Of a stretch of 32,000 nucleotides of DNA, positions 1 through 7,066 are shown piece by piece. The translations under genes were made by a program, and so were the position numbers. The notes beneath the pieces are model-generated. The model worked only from the letters and a program-made list of their open reading frames with translations. It searched no databases and was not told the DNA's origin. Position 1 is the stretch's first letter, and the number at the start of each line of letters is the position of its first letter. Source of the stretch: Candidatus Thalassarchaeaceae archaeon. GTDB taxonomy: Archaea > Thermoplasmatota > Poseidoniia > Poseidoniales > Thalassarchaeaceae. The DNA lies in assembly GCA_045568075.1 (NCBI GenBank), contig JBJLBP010000001.1, forward strand, positions 1,260,001 to 1,292,000. The letters are read 5' to 3'.

Positions 1-371
1 AGCTTGGTGATAATGAGATTCGATGGGTGGATTGGAAGTGCTTCCTCCTTTCCGTCGGCGGTCGACGTAGTGACGCCCTCGACTAGGACGAATCCACTCT
101 TTGTGTCGACACCAACTACGTTTGACTTGATGCCAGAGCGTCCACGTGACTGCCCCAAACGCTTGCCGCGCGAGTCAGCCTTGACGCTGTTAGGGAATCC
201 AAAGTCGCCACGAAGAACTTCGACCTCGTCTCCGACCCTGACGGTAACCGAGCGAATCGCTGAGAGTTCAGGGTCATCTGTGATCAGGCGTGCGCGAATG
301 CGCTTCCTACGTACGTGAATCGGTGCGTCGGTCTGAGCCTGACGCTGCTTTCCTGCTTTCTTGCTAACCAT
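1..371 (-). CDS. rpl24: 50S ribosomal protein uL24 (partial; C-terminus lies beyond the left window edge)
   Basis: Not in the ORF track because it runs off the edge. Manual reverse-strand translation from ATG at 371-369 gives MVSKKAGKQRQAQTDAPIHVRRKRIRARL...VTVRVGDEVEVLRGDFGF...VVGVDTKSGFVLVEGV...IHPSNLIITK, a KOW-type L24 pattern. It occupies the expected position after uL14. Confidence 0.85.
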   Translation of the reverse strand, partial: MVSKKAGKQRQAQTDAPIHVRRKRIRARLITDDPELSAIRSVTVRVGDEVEVLRGDFGFPNSVKADSRGKRLGQSRGRSGIKSNVVGVDTKSGFVLVEGVTTSTADGKEEALPIHPSNLIITK

Positions 372-381
372 CTTTCACACC

Positions 382-780
382 TCACACAATCTGCTTCGCC
401 GTTGCGGCGATACGAGGCCAGCGCTCAGCCGCTTCACGGCTAACCGGCCCCTTGATGTCGGACCCCTTCACGTCACCACGCTCGTTGGTAATGACGCAGG
501 CGTTGTCCTCGAATTGAACCCAGGTTCCATCAACGCGACGGAACGGGCGCCTCTGGCGCACGATTACCGCATTGAAGATCTGGCGGCGGGTCTCTGGAGT
601 CCCGCGGCGAACTGTAACGCGAATCATATCGCCAACGCCACCGGCAGGGTATCGGCGAGCTACACCGCCCTTCTTGAGGACGGTAATCAGCTGGACGACC
701 TTAGCGCCAGTATTGTCGACGCAGTCCATCTTCGCCATGCTGGGTAGGCCAGCAGTCGAACGACCAGCGACTCCCCTCAT
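382..780 (-). CDS. rpl14: 50S ribosomal protein uL14
   Basis: The 132-aa ORF contains MDCVDNTGAKVVQLITV...DNACVITNERGDVKGSDIKGPV, typical of L14. Its ATG overlaps the uS17 stop (ATGA). Confidence 0.95.
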   Translation of the reverse strand: MRGVAGRSTAGLPSMAKMDCVDNTGAKVVQLITVLKKGGVARRYPAGGVGDMIRVTVRRGTPETRRQIFNAVIVRQRRPFRRVDGTWVQFEDNACVITNERGDVKGSDIKGPVSREAAERWPRIAATAKQIV

Positions 781-1109
781 TCCTCATCCCCCTTCTCGAT
801 GACGCAGAACTTGACCGTCTTGGAGAGCGGTCTGCATTCCATGATGCGAACATTGTCTCCGCTGGCAACTTCACCAATGCACGAAGGCAGGTGTGCTGCA
901 TAGCGGCGAGTGCGCTTCTCATAGCGCTCGTATTTCTTCATGTAGCGAGTTACCTCGCGCTGTACGATGATTGAATTACTCATTCCAACCGAGGATACAG
1001 TGCCCTCGATAATCTGACCTCTTAGCCGCAGGCTACCATAGAATGGGCAGTTTTCGTCTCCATCCCACTCCGCCTCAGGCGAGCGGACGTCTACTCCGAT
1101 ATCTTTCAT
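777..1109 (-). CDS. rps17: 30S ribosomal protein uS17
   Basis: The C-terminal part VQREVTRYMKKYERYEKRTRRYAAHLP...GDNVRIMECRPLSKTVKF is S17-like. I moved the start to the internal ATG at 1109 (MKDIGVDV...) because it is preceded by GGAGGAACTGAA and lies just after the Rpp29 stop. The track start at 1175 would overlap Rpp29 by 65 nt. Confidence 0.88.
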   Translation of the reverse strand: MKDIGVDVRSPEAEWDGDENCPFYGSLRLRGQIIEGTVSSVGMSNSIIVQREVTRYMKKYERYEKRTRRYAAHLPSCIGEVASGDNVRIMECRPLSKTVKFCVIEKGDEE

Positions 1110-1110
1110 T

Positions 1111-1368
1111 TCAGTTCCTCCTGTATCTTCGGTTGATGCGATCCTCGGGTCGTTGGGTGACGACTGAGCCGTCAATGACTACCTCTCCCGAATCGATGGT
1201 GAATGTGATGACGTTCTTGGGCAGCGTAACCTCTCCCGAACTCGTGCGGACGCGAAGCGTCCTGCGAGTTTCCTCGACGACCATTCCAGTGACTCCGACC
1301 AAAGTCGGATCGTGACTCTCTACGACACTGATGTCGCGAGCGAGCCAAGGTGCGTGATAGATGCTCAT
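1111..1368 (-). CDS. rnp1: RNase P protein component 1 (Rpp29/Pop4)
   Basis: The 85-aa ORF reads VVESHDPTLVGVTGMVVEETRRTLRVRT...LPKNVITFTI...IDGSVVTQRPEDRI. This matches the archaeal Rpp29 pattern (S.dpsLvG..G.VvdET.nTl.....PK....F....dG....RPedR). The position between L29 and S17 is conserved in archaea. Confidence 0.85.
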   Translation of the reverse strand: MSIYHAPWLARDISVVESHDPTLVGVTGMVVEETRRTLRVRTSSGEVTLPKNVITFTIDSGEVVIDGSVVTQRPEDRINRRYRRN

Positions 1369-1668
1369 TCAGCGCACCTCCACTTGGTATCCGTTCTGTT
1401 GTAGGACCTTGGCGACACGCTTCTTGTGGTCGCCTTGTAGTTCGATGGTGCGTCCCTTGACGGTTCCGCCACTAGCGCAAGCGCCCTTGAGCAGCTTCGC
1501 AAGCTTGCCGATATCGATTGCGGTATCGTCGATTCCTTCTACCATCGTTACCATTTTTCCATACCTCCTTCTAACAGTTGAAATGATTGCTTTTTGTTGT
1601 TCCTTAGCTATTTCTTGGCAAATGCACAATTCGTCCGGTAGACCACACAGATTACAGATGCCAGCCAT
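1369..1668 (-). CDS. sui1: Translation initiation factor aIF1 (SUI1 family)
   Basis: The 99-aa ORF has an N-terminal zinc knuckle CNLCGLPDELCIC and a SUI1 core RRRYGKMVTMVEGID...GGTVKGRTIELQGDHKKRVAKVL. AAGGAG lies upstream of the ATG. Confidence 0.9.
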   Translation of the reverse strand: MAGICNLCGLPDELCICQEIAKEQQKAIISTVRRRYGKMVTMVEGIDDTAIDIGKLAKLLKGACASGGTVKGRTIELQGDHKKRVAKVLQQNGYQVEVR

Positions 1669-1674
1669 TCAAGT

Positions 1675-1878
1675 CTACTCCTTATTCTCCTCGCCCATCT
1701 TGGTTAGAAGACGAGCGATACTCCTTCGCGTTTGCTTGTAGGCGCCTGCATTGGAAGAGGATCCTCCGAGCGCCTGTTGAGCGCGTAGTTGGAGGAGTTC
1801 CTCCTTGAGTTCTAAGAGACGACGCTCGCGCTGCTCAGGGGTCATCTGGTCTAGATCTCTTGACTTGATGTGAGCCAT
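1675..1878 (-). CDS. rpl29: 50S ribosomal protein uL29
   Basis: The sequence LELKEELLQLRAQQALGG...YKQTRRSIARLLT is L29-like. I prefer the ATG at 1878 (MAHIKSRDL), preceded by GGGGGGTGAGTGATT, over the GTG at 1884 used by the track. Confidence 0.9.
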   Translation of the reverse strand: MAHIKSRDLDQMTPEQRERRLLELKEELLQLRAQQALGGSSSNAGAYKQTRRSIARLLTKMGEENKE

Positions 1879-1880
1879 AA

Positions 1881-2738
1881 TCACTCACCCCCCTCAGATT
1901 CTTCGCTTGATTCGTCAGCGGCTTCGTCTACAGAATCCGATGGAGCCTCAACAACTTCTTCGGATACTTCCTCCACGGCTTCTGCTTCCATCTCAGCAAT
2001 CTTCTCGACTACACTGTCGACGACCTCTTCGGTGTCAGCTGCTGCGGTCTCGTCGACTACTGGAGTCTCTTCGACCTCATCTGGGATCTCGAGCATCGAG
2101 ACTTCCTCGATTGGTCCGAGTCCGGACTCTTCACGAGGGATGATGTCGATTTCGTGTGGTAGACGTACGCCAGGTCGCATGATTCGGACTGTGCAACCGA
2201 TTGTACCGAGCTTCTTGACTGCAGTCGCGAAGCCTCCGTCCATGAATTCGAGTGCAGTTTCGCCACAGAACTTGATGTGACCCTTCTGGAACTTCTGGAC
2301 TCGGTGACGAGCGCCGGAAATTTTCCCTGAGAGAATGATTAGACAGCCGCGAGCACCAGCGTCCATGATGTTCTGCGAGGTGCTGTGACCAGCACGGCGG
2401 AAGAACCAGCCACGCTCTAGCGATGATGCCAGACGGCTGGCCATGACCTGAGCGTTCAGGCGAGGCTCTTCGATTTCGTTGACTTCGAGCCGAGGCTTCT
2501 CGAGATTGAAGTCATTCTGCAGACGGCGCTGCAATTCGTGGATGATTTTCCCGCGGCGACCGATGACACGGCCGACTTGCTCAGCCGACAATGTGACCTT
2601 GGTTCCATCTGGTGTTCGGTTGAACTCAAGGCCGCCAAATCCAGCGCGCTCAGTCTCCTTCAGTAGGTACTCGCGCACGAGCTGACGCTCGATATTACGA
2701 TTGATGATGTTACGAATGGTGTTTGTCTTGTTCATCAT
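1881..2738 (-). CDS. rps3: 30S ribosomal protein uS3 with a long acidic C-terminal extension
   Basis: A KH-domain region (VIGRRGKIIHELQRRL) and the S3 C-domain (RRAGHS...GARGCLIILSGKISGARHRVQKFQKGHI) are present. The start was moved to ATG 2738 (MMNKTN), preceded by GAGGTGATT and lying downstream of the uL22 stop. The last ~83 aa are Glu/Asp/Val/Ser-rich. Confidence 0.9.
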   Translation of the reverse strand: MMNKTNTIRNIINRNIERQLVREYLLKETERAGFGGLEFNRTPDGTKVTLSAEQVGRVIGRRGKIIHELQRRLQNDFNLEKPRLEVNEIEEPRLNAQVMASRLASSLERGWFFRRAGHSTSQNIMDAGARGCLIILSGKISGARHRVQKFQKGHIKFCGETALEFMDGGFATAVKKLGTIGCTVRIMRPGVRLPHEIDIIPREESGLGPIEEVSMLEIPDEVEETPVVDETAAADTEEVVDSVVEKIAEMEAEAVEEVSEEVVEAPSDSVDEAADESSEESEGGE

Positions 2739-2745
2739 AATCACC

Positions 2746-3273
2746 TCAGAATTCGTCCTCTTCCTCTTCATCGCCAAAGTGCTCGAGGAAGATCTCGAGA
2801 TTCACTTGGTAGTGGTTCTTCGGCGTTGCGCGACCCTGCGCACGTGGCCTCCAACCTGTGTGAACTTGACCGCGGTGAGCGGCGCAGTGAGTGATTACCA
2901 TGTCCTCAGCGTCGATAGTATCGTAGCGCTGGCGAGCATTCTCCATCGCGCTGTTGATCAGCTTGATGAACTCGAGAGAGGCCTTGTATGGATAGCGACC
3001 AGGGCCCATCTTGCCCTTTCGGTGGCCAGCCATGGTGTTTCCACCCCTGCCCTTTCGGGAGCGGCGAGTGTAAGGAATTGCTGCCTTCTTTTCCGTGACC
3101 TTCTCGAGGTACTCGATTGCGTCCATTACATTCATTCCGCGAATGAACTTGGCAATTTGGTAGCAGTGCTTGTGGTGCATATCCACATTTACTGCGCGAG
3201 CCGTAGAGAGGTTCGAACCCTCAAGTAACTGGGTGTATCCGGATTGTGGTTTTCCTGAATTTCTACTCATCAT
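2746..3273 (-). CDS. rpl22: 50S ribosomal protein uL22
   Basis: The ORF contains AVNVDMHHKHCYQIAKFIRGMNVMDAIEYLEKV...RRSRKGRGGNTMAGHRKG...ITHCAAHRGQ, an L22 pattern. GAGGTGAG lies upstream. Confidence 0.9.
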   Translation of the reverse strand: MMSRNSGKPQSGYTQLLEGSNLSTARAVNVDMHHKHCYQIAKFIRGMNVMDAIEYLEKVTEKKAAIPYTRRSRKGRGGNTMAGHRKGKMGPGRYPYKASLEFIKLINSAMENARQRYDTIDAEDMVITHCAAHRGQVHTGWRPRAQGRATPKNHYQVNLEIFLEHFGDEEEEDEF

Positions 3274-3279
3274 CTCACC

Positions 3280-3780
3280 TCACTTCAATGCCACGTGCTT
3301 ACTCGATCGGGTAGCACCCACACCAGGTCCGGTGTGCGTAACTGATCGGCGGGTTGGAGCAAATTCTCCTAGTGCGTGTCCAATCATCTCTGGAATCACT
3401 TCAACCTTGACGAAGTCACGGCCGTTGTGGACTCCAATTGTAGTGCCAACCATTTCAGGTAGAATGTACATACTGCGGCAATGGGTTTTGACCATCTTTG
3501 AGCCACCATACGCGCGAACCTTCTCAAGGAACTTCTCAGATTCTTCAGACAATCCGCGAGATAGAGATCTCTTCGCGCGCGAAGGCATGAGAGTAGCGAT
3601 GCATGGAGCATCGGGTTCGTCCTCTGGAGGATAGAGTGGAAGAGCAATTAGCTCCTCCATCGTCATACCACGCCACAGGAACTGCTTCTTGCGGCGCTCA
3701 GCGATTGTCGAGCGACGCTTACGAGCCTGACGGCGAGCGAGCTTTGGTGAGCGGAACATCTTCTTTGATTTACGTGCCAT
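3280..3780 (-). CDS. rps19: 30S ribosomal protein uS19
   Basis: The ORF contains [14 protein letters not shown]...[49 protein letters not shown], the S19 signature. GAGGTG lies upstream. Confidence 0.92.
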   Translation of the reverse strand: MARKSKKMFRSPKLARRQARKRRSTIAERRKKQFLWRGMTMEELIALPLYPPEDEPDAPCIATLMPSRAKRSLSRGLSEESEKFLEKVRAYGGSKMVKTHCRSMYILPEMVGTTIGVHNGRDFVKVEVIPEMIGHALGEFAPTRRSVTHTGPGVGATRSSKHVALK

Positions 3781-3790
3781 AACTCACACC

Positions 3791-4507
3791 TCACTGCTCC
3801 CTCGTCCTTCCACGCCCAGTTCGGCGCGGAGCGATGTGTCCAACCTTCTGACCCGGAGGCGCATTGCGACTCACAGAGTTCGGTCCGTGGACCGCCTGGT
3901 GGTTTCCACCACCGTGAGGGTGATCGACAGGGTTCATCGCGACACCGCTGACGGTTGGGTAGAGCTTTCCTCGCGCCTTAGCGCGGTAGTGTGCTGCACC
4001 GGCCTTCATCAGAGGCTTCTCGGTGCGGCCGTGGCCGCCGAGCACACCGATAGTGGCTCGGCAAGTTGCTGGTAGATCCTTCAATGACCCACTTGGTAGG
4101 CGGACGCGCACCTTCTCACCCATGCGGGTCTCGAGAGTAGCGGAGTTGCCTCCGGAGCGGGCAAACTTTCCACCATCGCCTGGGCGTGACTCTACATTAC
4201 AGATTGGAGTTCCTTCAGGAATCTCCGAGAGTTTCGTAACATTGCCCGGTCGCAGGCTGACGTTGTCACCAAAGGCCAATTCTTGGCCGATGGAGATTCC
4301 CTCAGGTGCTGCGATGTGAGCGGTTGTGCCGTCTTCGAATTTCACGCGCGCGAGAGGAGCGGTGTGAGCCGCACTGTGCACGAGGTCGGTGACCTCGCCC
4401 ATCTTCTCGCTAACACGCGGAAGGCGGTTAGCTGCAGGGAATCGGTGGCTCGAGACCTTGTTCTTTGGACTCGATCCGCGGCGTTGTGAACGTGTTCGCT
4501 TACCCAT
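3791..4507 (-). CDS. rpl2: 50S ribosomal protein uL2
   Basis: The ORF contains NVESRPGDGGKFARSGG...GVAMNPVDHPHGGG, the L2 signature. GAGGTGAT lies upstream. Confidence 0.95.
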   Translation of the reverse strand: MGKRTRSQRRGSSPKNKVSSHRFPAANRLPRVSEKMGEVTDLVHSAAHTAPLARVKFEDGTTAHIAAPEGISIGQELAFGDNVSLRPGNVTKLSEIPEGTPICNVESRPGDGGKFARSGGNSATLETRMGEKVRVRLPSGSLKDLPATCRATIGVLGGHGRTEKPLMKAGAAHYRAKARGKLYPTVSGVAMNPVDHPHGGGNHQAVHGPNSVSRNAPPGQKVGHIAPRRTGRGRTREQ

Positions 4508-4519
4508 GATATCACCTCA

Positions 4520-4810
4520 TCAGAACGCTCCGAGCTTGAGCGCTGCATCCTCCGCATCGTAGCCTTCGGCAAGCCGCACAGAGGCGTGCTTCCCGGTGAT
4601 TGTGATCTTCGTGTTGACTTTGGCGACTTGAACGTCGAGGAGTTCCTCGACAGCCGCCTTGATCTGAGCCTTTGTCGCCTCGCGGCGAACGATGAACTCG
4701 ATCCTGTTGTTATTCTCGCGGTAACTACCGTCTTCGTTTGAGACACGACGAGCCTCGAGAGTCTTCTCAGTGATCCAAGGCATCTGAATGATACTGTATG
4801 GGTCAATCAT
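4520..4810 (-). CDS. rpl23: 50S ribosomal protein uL23
   Basis: The ORF contains WITEKTLEA...NRIEFIVRREATKAQIKAAVEELLDVQVAKVNT, an L23 pattern. I prefer the ATG at 4810, preceded by GGAGTGAT, over the GTG at 4819. Confidence 0.9.
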   Translation of the reverse strand: MIDPYSIIQMPWITEKTLEARRVSNEDGSYRENNNRIEFIVRREATKAQIKAAVEELLDVQVAKVNTKITITGKHASVRLAEGYDAEDAALKLGAF

Positions 4811-4815
4811 GGGAA

Positions 4816-5694
4816 TCACTCCAGTGCTCCTATCGCCGCCTTAGTCCAGACGGTGAGTCTTCCAGCGTCGCCGCCGGGTGCGAGATCTTCTGCAGAGAGG
4901 TTCTTGGCAGCGACAACGTCGACGCCAGGTATGTTGCGAGCAGCCTTGGCCAGACCATCGGTCTGAGCAACCACTAGAAGGACACTCTTCGGAGTGCGAT
5001 ATTTGCGACCGCGCATCGTTCCCTTGCCGGCACGGATACCTCGACCACTACGAGCGCGCTCGAGGTCGTCACCGAGTCCGAGTCCGTCCATCATAGCAAC
5101 GAACTTGCGGGTCGAATACTGTAGAGGTAGATTCTCGACATCATACTTCTCATCGCCACCATCTCGGCTCTCGACATATCCATCGATGACGATTGGGAAG
5201 CGTACACCATCTCCGAATCGATGACCACGTGCCGCAACCATGTCGGCGTTGGCAGTTGCAGCGATAGCGGAATCACGAGCGACGCCGTTCTCCTTACTGT
5301 TGATCTTCTGGGTCCAGTCCTTGGCGACCATTGGTCCATGAGCACGGCGTCCACCGCGTGTGTGCGGGTTCTGAGCACCTGTTCGCTGTCCAGCCTTACG
5401 CATGATACGCGAGACACCACGACCCTTGCCCCACCATTCGACGGAGTGCTTCATTCCAGGTTGTGGCTTGCGCTTTCCATCGTGCTCACGGTGACCGTAG
5501 GGCTGTCGGCGGTTAGCTCGACTCGCGAGCACAGCTCGGCGAATCAGGTCCTCACGGACCTCGGATTCGAAAACATCTGGAAGAGTGACTGATTTGCCGT
5601 CCTTCGCCTCGACCTCGTAGATCTCGGCGAGTAGACCTGCGTCCATCTCTTCTTGCTCGACAATGTTAACCAGATTATACGACTTTGTCTTCAT
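4816..5694 (-). CDS. rpl4: 50S ribosomal protein uL4
   Basis: The ORF contains VFESEVREDLIRRAVLASRANRRQPYG...WGKGRGVSRIMR...GGRRAHGP, an archaeal L4 pattern. GGGAGTGTGAT lies upstream. Confidence 0.9.
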   Translation of the reverse strand: MKTKSYNLVNIVEQEEMDAGLLAEIYEVEAKDGKSVTLPDVFESEVREDLIRRAVLASRANRRQPYGHREHDGKRKPQPGMKHSVEWWGKGRGVSRIMRKAGQRTGAQNPHTRGGRRAHGPMVAKDWTQKINSKENGVARDSAIAATANADMVAARGHRFGDGVRFPIVIDGYVESRDGGDEKYDVENLPLQYSTRKFVAMMDGLGLGDDLERARSGRGIRAGKGTMRGRKYRTPKSVLLVVAQTDGLAKAARNIPGVDVVAAKNLSAEDLAPGGDAGRLTVWTKAAIGALE

Positions 5695-5698
5695 CTAA

Positions 5699-6775
5699 TC
5701 ACACTCCCTGCTTGCTCGAGGTACTGACGTAGGTCAAATCGACCTCGTGCAGTCTCGTATTCGGGCGAACCGCGTCACGGAAGCGCAGGAGGCGCTTCGC
5801 AGGACCTGGCAGGCTGCCTTGGATAATCATGTATGGATTGGTGACCTCTCCGTAGTGGAGGAAGCCACCTGCTGGAGTCACATCGGAATCATCGGGGTTG
5901 GAGATGCGGAGAACTCGCTTGTTGAGCTCGGTTCGCTGATGGTATCCCATCTGACCGGCTTGGCGGATTGTCTTACGGACGTAACCTGTTCCGAAGTCAC
6001 CCATGTTACCGATCTGTCGGCGCCTCTTCGAGTTCTTGTGGCTCAGAAGCTTGACACCGAATCGCTTGATTACACCTTGGAATCCCTTGCCCTTGGTGAT
6101 ACCGACTACGTCAATTTCCTGACCGGATTCGTATACATCTGCAACGGTAACCTCGCCGCCGAGGCGCTCCTTTGCCCACTCGAGCTTGGCATCGTTACCT
6201 CCACCAACAAGACCGACCTCCATGATTTCGGGCGTCTTGGATGGCACGCTCTTTACCATCGAAGGTTGAGTAGCGACAATTAGGCGAACCTCACAGAGGT
6301 TCGAGTTAGCGAGGGCGTCAAAGGATTCTCCATTGGTCTCGCCATCACGGGTTGGAAGACGTCCAGCACGCTTCGCTGGCTTGCGTCCTTCCTCTGCATC
6401 TCGCTCGCCACGAGTCTGGTTAGCGAAGCGTGGGTGAAGACCGTCTGGGCCAGCAGTAGAATCAGCCCAGACTTCACCAGCAGTCTGCATTCCGTATGGA
6501 GTCATGTGGTAGCCGCGGACAGCTAGGACCTTCATCGGAGGAACCTCGACGACGGTGACTGCCTTGCGAACCTCTTGACCGGCGGAGGTGGAGGTAGGGT
6601 TTGTGTCCCGCATTAGAACGTGAGTCATACCAGCCTTCCAACCAGCGAATCCCTGAATGCGAATCTCGCTTGATTCAGTCTCGGGCCAAGAAGTAATCCT
6701 TCCATAAGGTCGGATCGCCCTCTTTCGAGGGCTAAAGCCCATGCTGCCCCTCTTGGGGTTATGTCGGTCTGCCAT
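5699..6775 (-). CDS. rpl3: 50S ribosomal protein uL3
   Basis: The ORF contains PKRGSMGFSPRKRA...FAGWKAGMTHV...ITKGKGFQGVIKRFGVK, the L3 signature. The start was moved to ATG 6775 (MADRHNPKRG), preceded by TGGAGGACATACA. The upstream 28 codons of the track ORF look like open leader sequence. Confidence 0.93.
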   Translation of the reverse strand: MADRHNPKRGSMGFSPRKRAIRPYGRITSWPETESSEIRIQGFAGWKAGMTHVLMRDTNPTSTSAGQEVRKAVTVVEVPPMKVLAVRGYHMTPYGMQTAGEVWADSTAGPDGLHPRFANQTRGERDAEEGRKPAKRAGRLPTRDGETNGESFDALANSNLCEVRLIVATQPSMVKSVPSKTPEIMEVGLVGGGNDAKLEWAKERLGGEVTVADVYESGQEIDVVGITKGKGFQGVIKRFGVKLLSHKNSKRRRQIGNMGDFGTGYVRKTIRQAGQMGYHQRTELNKRVLRISNPDDSDVTPAGGFLHYGEVTNPYMIIQGSLPGPAKRLLRFRDAVRPNTRLHEVDLTYVSTSSKQGV

Positions 6776-7066
6776 TGTATGTCCTCCAGTATTTACCGGA
6801 AAGTTTGCCGCCGAAGCGGATTCGAACCGGGCCACCACGTTAGGGAGGAACCGTGACACCGAAAGCCGATTTCCGAGTGGATATCAGCAGTCCGGGATAC
6901 TTGAGCAGAGCCCTATGGTGTCTGGTGCCTCACGTAGTGAGCGGCCTTGCGACTTCCATACCCTATATGAACGAATCGGGAAAGGCCCGTTTGCACCCCT
7001 ATGGGTGTAAGTGAACCATGGGGTCAGTGCAACGATTTAGAACCCTGACTTCGAATCGATTGGCCC
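6776..7066. promoter_or_regulatory. Divergent intergenic region: leader/promoter of the r-protein operon (minus) and promoter of hef (plus)
   Basis: This 291-bp non-coding gap is unusually long for this window. ATTTAGAA at 7035-7042 is centred about 27-28 nt before the hef ATG, consistent with an archaeal TATA box and a leaderless mRNA. TATATG/CATATAGGG at 6964-6969 is the only other TATA-like element. Used on the minus strand, it would imply a leader of roughly 160 nt for uL3. Confidence 0.35.

Noticed and set aside
4-318. 104-aa plus-strand ORF at the left edge
   Set aside because: The opposite strand encodes a clear uL24 in the expected operon position. The plus-strand product has no recognisable features and a TTG start.
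1870-2280. 136-aa plus-strand ORF, extremely Ser/Thr-rich
   Set aside because: It lies antisense to the acidic tail of uS3. GAA/GAG/GAC codons read backwards give Ser/Leu/Val, which produces the low-complexity composition. It has no ribosome-binding site and sits entirely inside a well-supported ribosomal protein gene.
6808-6840. GGTTCGAATCC T-loop consensus on the minus strand, suggesting a tRNA gene or a tRNA 3' fragment left by an integrative element
   Set aside because: The flanking T-stem pairs at only 3 of 5 positions (CCCGG / CCGCT). No complementary 5' acceptor strand (CCGCCGA) or anticodon arm could be found upstream. No integrase or direct repeat is nearby. It is kept only as part of the leader observation.
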